The notes beneath the pieces are model-generated. The model saw only the letters and a list, made by a program, of their open reading frames with translations. It was not told the DNA's origin and did not search any database. Of a DNA stretch of 64,000 nucleotides, positions 9,933-21,178 are shown piece after piece (position 1 is the stretch's first letter; every line of letters begins with the position of its first letter). The stretch is from contig CAZSBS010000001.1 of assembly GCA_964605095.1 (NCBI GenBank), forward strand, positions 4,790-68,789, in the 5' to 3' direction. Source of the DNA: an uncultured Planctomycetaceae bacterium. GTDB taxonomy: Bacteria > Planctomycetota > Phycisphaerae > SM23-33. A program made the position numbers and the translations under genes.

Positions 9933-10301
9933 ATGAAGCCAAGTGTCAAGAAACATGTTCGGCGGCTGCGGCGCAAGAGCCACGTTCGCAAGACGGTCTC
10001 CGGGACGCCAGACAGGCCCCGGCTGACCATCTTCCGCAGCCAGAAGAACATCTACGTGCAGATAGTGGACGACATGGCCGGACGGACGCTGGTGGCCGCG
10101 TCCAGCCAGGAAAAGCCCCTGCGGGAGAAGCTGACCCGCGGCGGCAACAGGGCCGCGGCCGAGGCGGTCGGGACCTTCCTGGCGGAAAAGGCGGTTCAGG
10201 CCGGCATAAAGAAGGTCGTCTTCGACCGCAACGGTTACCCGTTCCACGGGCGCATCAAGGAACTGGCCGAAGCCGCCCGCAAAGGCGGGCTGGAGTTTTA
10301 A
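9933..10301 (+). CDS. rplR: 50S ribosomal protein L18
   Basis: ATG at 9933; 122 aa MKPSVKKHVRRLRRKSHVRKTVSGTPDRPRLTIFRSQKNIYVQIVDD... L18; embedded in track ORF 9606..10301. Confidence 0.92.
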   Translation: MKPSVKKHVRRLRRKSHVRKTVSGTPDRPRLTIFRSQKNIYVQIVDDMAGRTLVAASSQEKPLREKLTRGGNRAAAEAVGTFLAEKAVQAGIKKVVFDRNGYPFHGRIKELAEAARKGGLEF

Positions 10302-10316
10302 ACAGGAGCACGCATC

Positions 10317-10835
10317 GTGGCGCTTGAAAGACGTCCAAGCCGTAGAGGTCGCGAAGATTTCGCCGAAGAGGGCGGACTGGAAGACAATGTCGTCCAGATC
10401 TACCGCTGCTCGAAGGTCGTAAAGGGTGGCCGGCGGTTTAGCTTCGCGGCGCTCGTCGTCGTCGGAGACCGCAACGGCACCGTCGGCATCGGCTACGGAA
10501 AGGCCAAGGAAGTGCCCGTCGCAGTCGAGAAGGGCATTGCCGACGCCAAGAAAAACATGCAGATCCTGCGCCTGAAGGGCCGGAGTATTCCGCACAAGGT
10601 CATCGGCAAGCACGGCGCCAGTTCCGTGGTGCTGGTCCCGGCCTCGGATGGCACGGGCGTGATTGCCGGCAAGAAGCTCCGCCCGCTGTTGGAGTTGGCA
10701 GGTATACACGACGTTTTGACAAAGGCCTACGGCTCGACCTCGGCCAAGAACCTGCTCAAGGCGGGGCTCAAGGCCCTCAAGCAGCTTCGAACCGCCGAGG
10801 ACATCGCCGAACTGCGAGGAGTGATCTTCTCATGA
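10317..10835 (+). CDS. rpsE: 30S ribosomal protein S5
   Basis: 172 aa; S5-like; operon position. Confidence 0.93.
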   Translation: MALERRPSRRGREDFAEEGGLEDNVVQIYRCSKVVKGGRRFSFAALVVVGDRNGTVGIGYGKAKEVPVAVEKGIADAKKNMQILRLKGRSIPHKVIGKHGASSVVLVPASDGTGVIAGKKLRPLLELAGIHDVLTKAYGSTSAKNLLKAGLKALKQLRTAEDIAELRGVIFS

Positions 10836-11278
10836 AACTCGACGATATCCTCAGCGCAGCCGGGAAGTACAAGGCCCGCACCCGCGTCGGCCGAGGCACA
10901 GGCTCCGGCCAGGGCAAGACGTCAGGCCGGGGCAGCAAGGGCTACCACTCGCGTCCGGGCAGCAACCGCGCCTTCGGCTTCGAGGGCGGGCAAAACCCGA
11001 TGCTCAAGCGCATCCCCAAGCGTGGCTTCAGCAACGAGAATTTCCGGGTGGAATACGAGGTCGTCAACCTTGCGTGCCTCCAGGAAAAGTTCGAAGACGG
11101 CGCCCGCGTTGACGCCGCCGCCCTTGTCAAGGCCCGGCTGATAAGTGGCCCGGCCGCACTTGTGAAAATCCTCGGCACCGGCGAGTTGACCAAGAAGCTC
11201 ACCGTGGCCGCCAAGAAGTTCTCGAAGTCCGCCGCCGAGAAGATCGCGCAGGCTGGCGGATCGGTGGAGTTGGTATAG
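10832..11278 (+). CDS. rplO: 50S ribosomal protein L15
   Basis: 148 aa Gly/Arg-rich N-terminus typical of L15; 4-bp overlap with rpsE. Confidence 0.92.
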   Translation: MKLDDILSAAGKYKARTRVGRGTGSGQGKTSGRGSKGYHSRPGSNRAFGFEGGQNPMLKRIPKRGFSNENFRVEYEVVNLACLQEKFEDGARVDAAALVKARLISGPAALVKILGTGELTKKLTVAAKKFSKSAAEKIAQAGGSVELV

Positions 11279-11315
11279 CGAGCAGTCCGGCATGTGCCGA
11301 TAAGGATTCGCGAAT

Positions 11316-12913
<1,598 letters not shown>

Positions 12914-12914
<1 letters not shown>

Positions 12915-13582
12915 TGAGCATGAGAATTGTGCTGATGGGTCCTCCAGGCGCGGGCAAGGGCACGCAGGCCAAGCGGCTTGTGGATAAGTTCGGCTTCGTG
13001 CATCTGTCCAGCGGCGACATCTTCCGGGCTGAGAAGGCCGGCGGATCGGACCTGGGCCGGAAACTGGCTGAGTACATGAATGCCGGCAAGCTTGTCCCGG
13101 ACGACGTCGTCGTGGAGATGATGGCCAAGGCCATCACCGCCGCGGATTCGCGCGGCGCAGGGCTGATGCTCGACGGGTTCCCGCGGACGGTCCCCCAGGC
13201 CGAGGCGTTGGATAAGCAGTTGTCGGCGGCTGGCAAACCGCTGGACGGCGTGGTGGTGATAACCTGCGACGACGAGCCGATCGTGTCGCGGATAACAGGG
13301 CGGCGTAGCTGCCCCAAGTGCGGGCGCGTTTACCACGTGAAGTACATGCCGCCCAAGAACGACAAAATGTGCGATGACTGTGCGGGCACCAAGCTGGTGC
13401 AGCGGTTGGATGACAAAGAAGAAGTTGTCCGCGACCGGCTTAAGGCTTATTATGGCCAAACTCAACCAGTGGTCGGGTACTATCGTGAGTCCGGCAAGGT
13501 CAAGGTCGTCGAGGTTGACGGCAACGGTTCGCCTGACAGCGTGACAGCCTCGCTGGCTGAGGCAGTTGGTGCTCTGGGCTAG
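12914..13582 (+). CDS. adk: adenylate kinase (zinc-lid form); start may be ATG 12920
   Basis: MRIVLMGPPGAGKGTQA P-loop; lid CPKCGRVYH...CDDC; ATG overlaps secY TGA. Confidence 0.93.
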
Positions 13583-13601
13583 GCGCCGGGATGGCGAGAT
13601 T

Positions 13602-14381
13602 GTGGCTATAAGGCTTAAAACGCCGGAGCAGATAGAGAAGATGCGGCTGGCTGGGCGGCTGGTGCATGATGTGCTCCAGCAGCTCGGAAAGCTGGCGGCT
13701 CCGGGCGTCACGACGCTGGAGCTTGACAAGGAAGCCGAGCGGCTGACGCTAGCCGCCGGTGCCCAGTGCCTGTTCAAGGGCGTGCCCGGGCGGTATGGCG
13801 CCGGGCCGTTTCCGGGCGCTACCTGCATCTCGATAAACGAGCAGGTGGTGCATGGGATACCGTCGCCGCGGAAGATTCGCGACGGCGACATAGTCAGCAT
13901 CGACTTTGGCGTGCGGCTGAACGGATGGTGCGGCGATGCGGCCGACACGTTTATTGTCGGCGAGGCGCCGACGGACGTGCGGCGGCTGGTTGGCGTGACG
14001 CGGAACTCTCTGGCGATCGCGTTGGAGATGGTCCGGCCTGGCGAGAAGTGGTCTAATATCGCCCGGGCCATGCAGGAATATGTAGAAAGCGAAGGTTTCG
14101 CCGTGGTTCGCGAGTTTGTTGGCCACGGCATTGGCACGGAGATGCACGAGGACCCGAAGGTCCCGAATTTCGTCTCTCCGGAGTTGCGTGCCAGGGACAT
14201 CGTGTTGAAGGAAGGTATGGTCCTGGCGATCGAGCCTATGGTGAACATGGGCTCCTGTGCGGTTGAGTTGGCGGCTGACCGGTGGACGGTTGTGACCAAG
14301 GATCGTCGGCCATCGGCCCATTACGAGCATAGCGTCGCGGTTCGCTCCGGCGGGGCCGATGCGCTTACCGACGGACGGTAA
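13602..14381 (+). CDS. map: methionine aminopeptidase type I (GTG start 13602 inferred; track ORF begins 13566)
   Basis: (M)AIRLKTPEQIEKMRLAGRLVHDVL...; metal ligands pattern D..D..H..E..E consistent; avoids overlap with adk. Confidence 0.85.
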   Translation: MAIRLKTPEQIEKMRLAGRLVHDVLQQLGKLAAPGVTTLELDKEAERLTLAAGAQCLFKGVPGRYGAGPFPGATCISINEQVVHGIPSPRKIRDGDIVSIDFGVRLNGWCGDAADTFIVGEAPTDVRRLVGVTRNSLAIALEMVRPGEKWSNIARAMQEYVESEGFAVVREFVGHGIGTEMHEDPKVPNFVSPELRARDIVLKEGMVLAIEPMVNMGSCAVELAADRWTVVTKDRRPSAHYEHSVAVRSGGADALTDGR

Positions 14382-14399
14382 GGTCCAGCGAGGTGTGAA

Positions 14400-14513
14400 A
14401 TGAAAGTTCGCTCATCAGTAAAGCGGATGTGTGAGAATTGCAAGGTGATCAGGCGTCGCGGGATAGTGCGCGTGATCTGCACGAACCCCAAGCACAAGCA
14501 GCGCCAGGGATAA
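14400..14513 (+). CDS. rpmJ: 50S ribosomal protein L36
   Basis: 37 aa [37 protein letters not shown]; below ORF-track length cutoff. Confidence 0.92.
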   Translation: MKVRSSVKRMCENCKVIRRRGIVRVICTNPKHKQRQG

Positions 14514-14535
14514 CAACCTGGGCAGGAGAGAGCGT

Positions 14536-14919
14536 ATGCCACGTGTGGCAGGTGTTGACATTCCTAACGACAAGCCGACGCTTTATGCGTTGCAGTACAT
14601 TTACGGCATCGGCAAGAAGTTCGCCTCTGATATCTGCAAGAAGGCCCAGGTGGAGCCGACCCGTCGAGCCAAGGAGCTGACGGAAGGCGAGCTCTCGAAG
14701 ATTGCTGGTGTTCTGGACAGCGATTACGTGATCGAGGGCCAGCTTCGCCGGCAGATATCACAGAACATTTCGCGTCTGCGCGACATAGGCTGCTATCGCG
14801 GGTTCCGCCATCGCCGCGGGTTGCCGGTTCGCGGGCAGCGCACGAAGACCAACGCCCGGACCCGCAAGGGCCCGCGAAAGACGGTTGCCGGCAAGAAGTC
14901 GGTCAAGGAGATGCGGTAA
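14536..14919 (+). CDS. rpsM: 30S ribosomal protein S13
   Basis: 127 aa [26 protein letters not shown]... Confidence 0.95.
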   Translation: MPRVAGVDIPNDKPTLYALQYIYGIGKKFASDICKKAQVEPTRRAKELTEGELSKIAGVLDSDYVIEGQLRRQISQNISRLRDIGCYRGFRHRRGLPVRGQRTKTNARTRKGPRKTVAGKKSVKEMR

Positions 14920-14922
14920 GCC

Positions 14923-15306
14923 ATGGCCCAGACACGCAAAGTCAAGAAGGTCCGTCGCAACGTCGCCCGCGGCGTGGTGTATATCAAGGCGACTTTCAAC
15001 AACACGCTGGTCGCCATCACCGACACCAGCGGCGACACGTTGGCGACCGCCTCGGGCGGGACGATTGGTTTCAAGGGTTCCCGCAAGAGCACGCCGTTCG
15101 CGGCGACGCGGGCTGCTCGCACCGCGGCCGACAAGGCCAAGAAAATGGGCCTCCACGAGGTGGAGGTCCGGGTCAACGGCCCCGGCAGCGGCCGGGAAAG
15201 CGCGATAAGCGCGCTCCAGGCGGCAGGGTTGAAGATCCTGTCGATCGAGGACGTGACCCCAATACCGCACAATGGTTGCCGCCCGCGCAAGAGACGCCGC
15301 GTGTAG
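14923..15306 (+). CDS. rpsK: 30S ribosomal protein S11
   Basis: 127 aa; S11-like ...[25 protein letters not shown]... Confidence 0.95.
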   Translation: MAQTRKVKKVRRNVARGVVYIKATFNNTLVAITDTSGDTLATASGGTIGFKGSRKSTPFAATRAARTAADKAKKMGLHEVEVRVNGPGSGRESAISALQAAGLKILSIEDVTPIPHNGCRPRKRRRV

Positions 15307-15340
15307 GCTGCGTAACAAGGCTTAAGGAGCATAACTAACG

Positions 15341-15973
15341 ATGGGACGCTATACGGGACCTGTTTGCAGGCGATGCCGCCGCGAGGGGATCAAACTGATG
15401 CTCAAGGGCACGCGGTGCGAAACCGCCAAGTGCCCGATGGAGCGCCAGTGGCGTTCCTCGCCGCCCGGCCAGCATAGCTGGCATCGCGGCAGAGGCAGCG
15501 AGTACCGCCTGCGCCTGCGCGAGAAGCAGAAGGTCAAACGATATTACGGAGTCTTCGAGCGCCAGTTCATGCGCTACTTCCATCGCGCCGAGCGCCAGAA
15601 GGGCAACACGGGCGCTGCCCTGCTGAGCCTGCTGGAGCGGCGGCTGGACAACGTCTTCTGCAAGCTGGGCTTCGCGCCGTCGCGGGCCAGCGCCCGCCAG
15701 ACCATCAGCCACGGGCACGTCCACGTAAACGGCAGGCCCGTCAGCGTGTCCAGCTACCTGGTCAAGGTTGGCGACAAGATTGCGATCAAGGATTCCGAGC
15801 GGTCAAAGAAGCTCGTACGCGTCTGGCTGGAAGAGCTTGGTGAGCCGCACTTGCAGAACTGGCTCAAGCTCGACCTGACCAAGCTTGAAGCGGAGATACT
15901 GGCCGTCCCGACTCGCGAGGACGTCCAGATCCCCGTAGAGGAACAGCTCATCGTGGAGCTCTGCGGCCAGTAA
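15341..15973 (+). CDS. rpsD: 30S ribosomal protein S4
   Basis: 210 aa MGRYTGPVCRRCRREG... zinc-finger N-term and S4 domain. Confidence 0.95.
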   Translation: MGRYTGPVCRRCRREGIKLMLKGTRCETAKCPMERQWRSSPPGQHSWHRGRGSEYRLRLREKQKVKRYYGVFERQFMRYFHRAERQKGNTGAALLSLLERRLDNVFCKLGFAPSRASARQTISHGHVHVNGRPVSVSSYLVKVGDKIAIKDSERSKKLVRVWLEELGEPHLQNWLKLDLTKLEAEILAVPTREDVQIPVEEQLIVELCGQ

Positions 15974-16037
15974 GCCGCAGCCGGATGGCCAAACGGCACC
16001 AACTGTAGAATGCCCCGAAGGATACGGAGATAGGCGA

Positions 16038-17057
16038 ATGCGAATCAGGTGGCGCGGTCTGGAATTGCCCACGCGGGTTGTGAACGATCAAGAGGTGTCC
16101 ACGCCGATGTACGGGAGGTTCTCTATAGAACCTTTCGAACGCGGCTTCGGCATCACCGTGGGAAACTCAATCAGGCGGATTCTGCTCAGCAGCCTTCAAG
16201 GCGCGGCGATCACCAGCATCAAGATCGTCGGGGCCGAGCACGAGTTCACCAGCCTGCCCGGAGTGCTGGAGGATGTCACCGACATCATCCTTAACATCAA
16301 GAACCTCGTGGTCAAGAGCCACAATGAGGAGCCCAGGGCCCTGCGCCTGCACAGCGAGGTCAAGGGCCCCGTCAAGGCTGGAATGATCGAGTGTGATCCG
16401 TCGATCGAGATAATCAACAGGGACCTCGTGCTGGCGACGCTGACCGACAACGTCCCGTTCAACATGGAACTGATCGCCGAGACCGGGCGCGGGTTCCTGC
16501 CGGCCGATGAAATGATCGACCCCGACTCCGACCAGGAGGCCGGGCGGATTTTCGTCGATGCGTCGTTCTCGCCGGTTACCCGGGTGCGATACCGCACCGA
16601 GGACACCCGCGTCGGCCAGAGGACCAACTACGACCGCCTGGTGATGGAGATCTGGACCAACGGCACGATCACGCCGGAGATGGCGATGGTCGAGGCGGGC
16701 AAGATTCTCCGCAAGCACCTCAACCCGTTCGTCCAGTACTTCGAGCTCGGCGAGCAGATCGTCGAGTCCGGCACGCCCGAGGTGGTGCAGGATGTGGATA
16801 CCGAACTGGACCGCAAGCTTCACATGCCGACCCACGAGTTGGAACTTTCGGTCCGCGCCAACAACTGCCTCGAGGCAGTCAAGATCGAGTTCGTCGGGCA
16901 ACTGGTCCAGTTGGCCGAGGTGGACCTGCTGAAGATCCGCAGTTTCGGCAAGACATCCCTCCGCGAGATCAAGAGGAAGCTCCAGGACATCGGGCTGTCG
17001 CTGGGGATGACCGTGAAGTTCGATATCCCCGTGCCGGAGATTCCGGACGACGAATAG
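16038..17057 (+). CDS. rpoA: DNA-directed RNA polymerase alpha subunit
   Basis: 339 aa ...FSIEPFERGFGITVGNSIRRILLSSLQGAAITSIKI... alpha NTD and CTD. Confidence 0.94.
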   Translation: MRIRWRGLELPTRVVNDQEVSTPMYGRFSIEPFERGFGITVGNSIRRILLSSLQGAAITSIKIVGAEHEFTSLPGVLEDVTDIILNIKNLVVKSHNEEPRALRLHSEVKGPVKAGMIECDPSIEIINRDLVLATLTDNVPFNMELIAETGRGFLPADEMIDPDSDQEAGRIFVDASFSPVTRVRYRTEDTRVGQRTNYDRLVMEIWTNGTITPEMAMVEAGKILRKHLNPFVQYFELGEQIVESGTPEVVQDVDTELDRKLHMPTHELELSVRANNCLEAVKIEFVGQLVQLAEVDLLKIRSFGKTSLREIKRKLQDIGLSLGMTVKFDIPVPEIPDDE

Positions 17058-17103
17058 CCCACGGGCAACCGGGAAAACCGACAAATAAGAAAGTCCCCAG
17101 ATT

Positions 17104-17688
17104 ATGCGTCATCGTGTTTCAGGCAGAAACCTCAGCCGCAGCAGCAGCCATCGCAGTTCGCTGCGTCGTAACATGGCCGCGTCACTTTTCCAGTACGGCG
17201 CGATTCGCACCACAGCCCCAAAGGCCAAGGAGCTGCGCCGCTTCGTCGAGAAGCTCATTACGCACGCCAAGAAGAACACGCTTCACGCCCGGCGGATGGT
17301 GATCTCCGCGCTGGGCCGCGACAGGGCCATGTTCGGCGTCGACGAGGAGCGGATGGACAAGACCATCGTGCAGAAGCTCTTCGACGAGATCGCCCCGAGT
17401 TATGCCGAGCGCCCCGGCGGGTACACCCGCATCATCCGCCTGGCTGAACGGCGGATCGGCGACGCCGGCGAGCAGGTGATACTCCAGTTGGTTGAGGAAG
17501 GCAAGGCCGCCCCGACCGCCGCGGCCGCCGGCACATCACGCCGCCGACGCCGCGCCACCAAACGCCACGCAGCCGCCACCGACGCTGCCGCCCAAACCGC
17601 CCAGGCCACAACCGCCAAGGCCGATGAGGCACAGGCGGAGGAAGCACCAGCCGATGAGGCCGACGCCGGCGAGAAGACTCAAGAGTAA
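17104..17688 (+). CDS. rplQ: 50S ribosomal protein L17 with ~60-aa Ala/Thr/Glu-rich C-terminal tail
   Basis: 194 aa MRHRVSGRNLSRSSSHRSSLRRNMAASLF... L17 core then low-complexity tail. Confidence 0.93.
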   Translation: MRHRVSGRNLSRSSSHRSSLRRNMAASLFQYGAIRTTAPKAKELRRFVEKLITHAKKNTLHARRMVISALGRDRAMFGVDEERMDKTIVQKLFDEIAPSYAERPGGYTRIIRLAERRIGDAGEQVILQLVEEGKAAPTAAAAGTSRRRRRATKRHAAATDAAAQTAQATTAKADEAQAEEAPADEADAGEKTQE

Positions 17689-17712
17689 CAAGAACAGCCT
17701 TTCGTACTAACA

Positions 17713-17805
17713 GGCGGCAGCCATGGCGCTGCCGAGATCGAAACACACGGCGGCTTGGGATGCCCGCAAGGGCGAGTGAATCCCAAGCCGCCGTTCTATT
17801 GCGTT
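17713..17805 (+). terminator. two stem-loops downstream of rplQ; second followed by T-rich run
   Basis: cggcagc-catggc-gctgccg (17715-17734) and acggcggcttggga-20nt-tcccaagccgccgt (17747-17794) then tctattgcgtttgt. Confidence 0.5.
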
Positions 17806-17894
17806 TGTAGTGACGCCGTAAGGCGTTATGTTTATTTGCAATGTCTGCCGCGCGAGGTCCATTCGGGTCGCGCATAACGCCGGCCTGGGCGATG

Positions 17895-18290
17895 TCAGAT
17901 GATTCCCACGGGCACGGCGTCCACGTCCTGGGCAAGGGGTGTGGTTTGCTTGCAGAGGCACAGGACCGCTCCCTGGCCGATGGGCATCTTCAATCGCTCC
18001 AGGGCCTTGAACGGCTCAACCAACTCTCGTCTGGGACTGGCCGTCTTCTTCACCTCGGCCGGATAGAAGACCTGGTCCTGCTGGAACAGGAAATCGACTT
18101 CTGTTCCATCCCGGTCACGGTAGTAATAGAGTTGAGGCGTCTTGCCGCGGTGCCACCAGCTCTTGAGCAATTCACATAGCACGTGCGTCTCAAGGATGGC
18201 TCCGGACATGGCCACGATCAGCCTTGATGACCTGAAGGAATTGCTTACCGTCGAGTCGATCTTGCTGTATCTGAAGGACAAACTCAGCAA
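17895..18290 (-). pseudogene. DUF4143-family (AAA+ ATPase-associated) C-terminal gene fragment
   Basis: 131-aa ORF ...GAILETHVLCELLKS...LYYYRDRDGTEVDFLF...PAEVKKTASP... resembles only the C-terminal DUF4143 domain; no ATPase N-domain; abuts inverted-repeat element. Confidence 0.45.
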
Positions 18291-18310
18291 GACCGCCGGC
18301 TAGCCTCTCT

Positions 18311-18578
18311 AGCCCCGTTCACGGGGCTTCGCCCCCGCGACAGCGGGGGTCTAGACCAGGCCTTTTAGGCCTGGGTAGGCGTCTACGCGCCACCCCTTCT
18401 TTTTGTTTTTCCCTTAGCCCGCTTCAGCGGGCTTACAGGCTCTCGAAAGCCTTCAGGCTAAAGCCGCGCAGAAAGCACGCCGAGGCGTGCTAAACAGAAA
18501 CAACAGGGGTGGGCTGACTCCCCAGGGCTGGAAGCCCTGGTCTATACCCCTTCGGGGCGAAGCCCCGTGAACGGGGCT
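18311..18578. repeat. 268-bp element bounded by ~45-bp imperfect terminal inverted repeats, internal perfect hairpins (MITE-like or structured RNA)
   Basis: left agccccgttcacggggcttcgcccc...ggggtctagaccagg vs right cctggtctataccccttcggggcgaagccccgtgaacggggct; internal gcacgccgaggcgtgc, ccagggctggaagccctgg, caggccttttaggcctg. Confidence 0.55.
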
Positions 18579-18636
18579 GAAAAGCATGGCGGCTAGGGCG
18601 GGAATCTGGTATAAACTTACGCATCATGCATAGGGC

Positions 18637-19113
18637 ATGATGCTGGTCCGGCTTTTCAGGCTCCGAGAAAGTTCCGCTTTGGCGCAAAGGCCCATGAGAG
18701 ACCCCAACTGCATATTCTGCAAGATTATCGACGGTAAGATTCCTGCCGTGAAGGTTCTGGAAACGCCCGAGTTCCTGGCCTTCATGGACATTGGCCCGCT
18801 TGCCGAGGGGCATGTGCTGCTGATCCCGGCTGGGCATTATGAGACGATCGACCAGATGCCGGCCGAGCTGGCCGGGGCAATGCTGGCCCAACTGCCGCGG
18901 CTGGTTCGCGGCGTCCGGGCCGCGACGCTCTGCCAGGGCGTGAACATCCTCCAGAACAACGGCGCAGTCGCCCACCAGGAAGTCATGCACGTACACTTCC
19001 ACATCATCCCCCGCAAGGCCGGCGACGCGTTCAGGTTCAACTGGCCGGCTGGGAAATATCCCCATGGGCGGATCGAGGAGATTGCCGAAGCTATCCGCCA
19101 GAAGCTGGATTGA
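18637..19113 (+). CDS. HIT-family (histidine triad) hydrolase; likely start Met 18694
   Basis: ...CIFCKIIDGKIPA... and HVHFHIIPR histidine-triad motif. Confidence 0.85.
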   Translation: MMLVRLFRLRESSALAQRPMRDPNCIFCKIIDGKIPAVKVLETPEFLAFMDIGPLAEGHVLLIPAGHYETIDQMPAELAGAMLAQLPRLVRGVRAATLCQGVNILQNNGAVAHQEVMHVHFHIIPRKAGDAFRFNWPAGKYPHGRIEEIAEAIRQKLD

Positions 19114-19172
19114 TTGGTCGGGTAGCGCCGGCGGTGCGTGGCACGCCCGTAAGCGACCGCTAATCGGAAAGG

Positions 19173-19356
19173 CAATCTCGAATCTCGAAATACGAAACAA
19201 ATCCCAAATTCCAAATTCAAATGTTCAAAACGCCGGGAGATGGCGTCATACTTGCCTGTGAGGGATCTGAGCGCCGCCTTGGAGCTTTTGTTTTGGTTTT
19301 TGTATTTTGAGATTGTTTCGGATTTCGTGCTTCGGATTTCGGATTTTTCTGTTTCG
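19173..19356. repeat. long imperfect inverted repeat of simple-sequence arms (A/C-rich then G/T-rich)
   Basis: caatctcgaatctcgaaatacgaaacaaatcccaaattccaaattcaaatgttcaaaac ... cttttgttttggtttttgtattttgagattgtttcggatttcgtgcttcggatttcggattttt. Confidence 0.6.
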
Positions 19357-19369
19357 CAAGGAGCAACAT

Positions 19370-20017
19370 ATGCGCATCTGGACAAATGCAGGCAGGATCG
19401 CGGCCCTGGCCGTCGCGTCGGCAGCCTTGGTGCTGGGCGGGTGTGATAAGTACGGTGCCGGCCGGTCCGGCAGCTTCCCGGTGGTGGATATCGTTACCTC
19501 GGCCGGGACAATCCGGGCCGAGCTCTGGCCTGACAAGGCCCCGAATACCGTCGCCAACTTCCTCCAATACGCCGATGGGGGGTTCTACGACAACACGATC
19601 TTCCATCGGTGCATCGTTGGGTTCATGATCCAGGGCGGGGGGCTTACGCCGGACTGGAAGGAAAAGCCCGCCCGGGCCGCCATCCGCAACGAGGCGGACA
19701 GCGGCCTGCGGAACGTTCGCGGCACGCTGTCGATGGCCCGCACAAGCGATCCTCACAGCGCCACCTGCCAGTTCTTCATCAACACGGCCGACAACTCCAA
19801 GCTCGACCACGAGGGTAAAACCGACGCAGGCTGGGGCTACTGCGTGTTCGGGCAGGTCACATCCGGCATGGAGGTTGTCGACGCCATCGTACAAGCCCCG
19901 ACGGTGGGTCCCGAGCAGAACGGTCGGCCCGCCAAGCCCGTGGTTATCAAGTCTATCCGGCGCGTGGGCGGCCCGAAGCCCGCCCCGGCCAAGGCCAAGG
20001 CGGGCAGTAAGGGATAG
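19370..20017 (+). CDS. cyclophilin-type peptidyl-prolyl isomerase, lipoprotein (periplasmic)
   Basis: RBS aaggag 19358; MRIWTNAGRIAALAVASAALVLGGC lipobox; ...FHRCIVGFMIQGGG... cyclophilin core. Confidence 0.88.
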   Translation: MRIWTNAGRIAALAVASAALVLGGCDKYGAGRSGSFPVVDIVTSAGTIRAELWPDKAPNTVANFLQYADGGFYDNTIFHRCIVGFMIQGGGLTPDWKEKPARAAIRNEADSGLRNVRGTLSMARTSDPHSATCQFFINTADNSKLDHEGKTDAGWGYCVFGQVTSGMEVVDAIVQAPTVGPEQNGRPAKPVVIKSIRRVGGPKPAPAKAKAGSKG

Positions 20018-20132
20018 CTATTGTTTCCTGCTCGCCGAAGCGAGCAGGCCTGCCGGCTTCGCCTTCCCCGGCGCGCCGGGGCGGCAAGCCCGGCTACCGT
20101 CTACCGTCTACTGATGACCAAGAAAGGACTAC

Positions 20133-20633
20133 ATGCTGATAACGATCCAGACATCCGAAGGGACCATCAAGGCCGAGCTCGACGAGGAGAAGGCCCCCGT
20201 AACGGTTGAAAACTTCATGCTTTACGTAGACGATGGCCAGTATGACGGCACGATCTTCCACCGCGTGATCCCCAGTTTCATGATCCAGGGCGGCGGATTC
20301 TTGCCCGACATGAAGCAGAAGCCCACCAAGGCGCCGATCCGCAACGAGGCCGGCAACGGTCTGACCAACGACCGTGGCACGCTGGCGATGGCGAGGACCA
20401 GCGTTGTCGACAGCGCCACCAGCCAGTTCTTCATCAACACCGCCGACAATGGTTTCCTCAACCACCGCGGCGAGACGCCAGACGCCTTCGGCTACGCGGT
20501 GTTCGGTAAGGTCGTCGATGGCATGGACGTGGTTGACCGCATCGAGAAGCTGCCCACCGGCCGGGCCGGGCACCACGACGACGTGCCCGTCAAGCCGGTG
20601 GTGATCCAGTCCATCCGGCGGGCCGAGGACTAA
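20133..20633 (+). CDS. cyclophilin-type peptidyl-prolyl isomerase (cytoplasmic, PpiB-like)
   Basis: 166 aa ...[15 protein letters not shown]... Confidence 0.9.
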   Translation: MLITIQTSEGTIKAELDEEKAPVTVENFMLYVDDGQYDGTIFHRVIPSFMIQGGGFLPDMKQKPTKAPIRNEAGNGLTNDRGTLAMARTSVVDSATSQFFINTADNGFLNHRGETPDAFGYAVFGKVVDGMDVVDRIEKLPTGRAGHHDDVPVKPVVIQSIRRAED

Positions 20634-20776
20634 GCGCCGCGCCCGACGGCGAAACATCCGCATCCCGGGCGCGACTTATCCCGCGAGTCCGGCGGCGGCG
20701 ATTCGGCAATGCCTGTTCAGCCAAGCAGTTGCCTTCGGTCGTAGGTTTGTGTACGATCTTCGCTCAAGGAGGCAGG

Positions 20777-21178
20777 ATGGCCACGAAAAAGCAAACAACC
20801 GGCACCTTGCAAGACAGATGCGCCTGTGAAGGCGGGAGCTTGGATCGGCTTATCCAACCGGCGGTCCTGGCAGCCTTGGCCAAAGAACCCCTTCATGGCT
20901 ACGCGCTGGTTATGCGCCTCAGCGAAATGCCGACGTTCGCAGGGCAGTCGCCCGACACGTCGGGGGTCTATCGCGTGCTGACCTGGCTTGAGTCGCGCGG
21001 CATGGTCACCTCTTCCTGGGACACGTCAAGTTCCGGACCGGCGAAGAAGACCTACCATATCACTGACAAAGGGCGCCTATGCCTTCGCACCTGGGTGAAG
21101 ACTCTCCGCGGATACTCCCTGGCAATCGAGGAACTCATCGAGATCACCAGCCAGGCCGCCAGCCGCGGCAAGGGCTGA
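20777..21178 (+). CDS. PadR-family transcriptional regulator
   Basis: ...PLHGYALVMRLSE...SGVYRVLTWLESRGMV...KKTYHITDKGR winged-helix PadR pattern. Confidence 0.7.
   Translation: MATKKQTTGTLQDRCACEGGSLDRLIQPAVLAALAKEPLHGYALVMRLSEMPTFAGQSPDTSGVYRVLTWLESRGMVTSSWDTSSSGPAKKTYHITDKGRLCLRTWVKTLRGYSLAIEELIEITSQAASRGKG

Noticed and set aside
9019-10301. Track ORFs 9019..9891 and 9606..10301 with long N-terminal extensions
   Set aside because: Real genes are rplF (ATG 9310) and rplR (ATG 9933); upstream in-frame sequence overlaps rpsH/rplF in another frame and lacks start context
17895-18290. Calling the DUF4143 ORF an intact gene
   Set aside because: Only the C-terminal domain is present and upstream sequence is a noncoding inverted-repeat element; treated as fragment/pseudogene with moderate confidence
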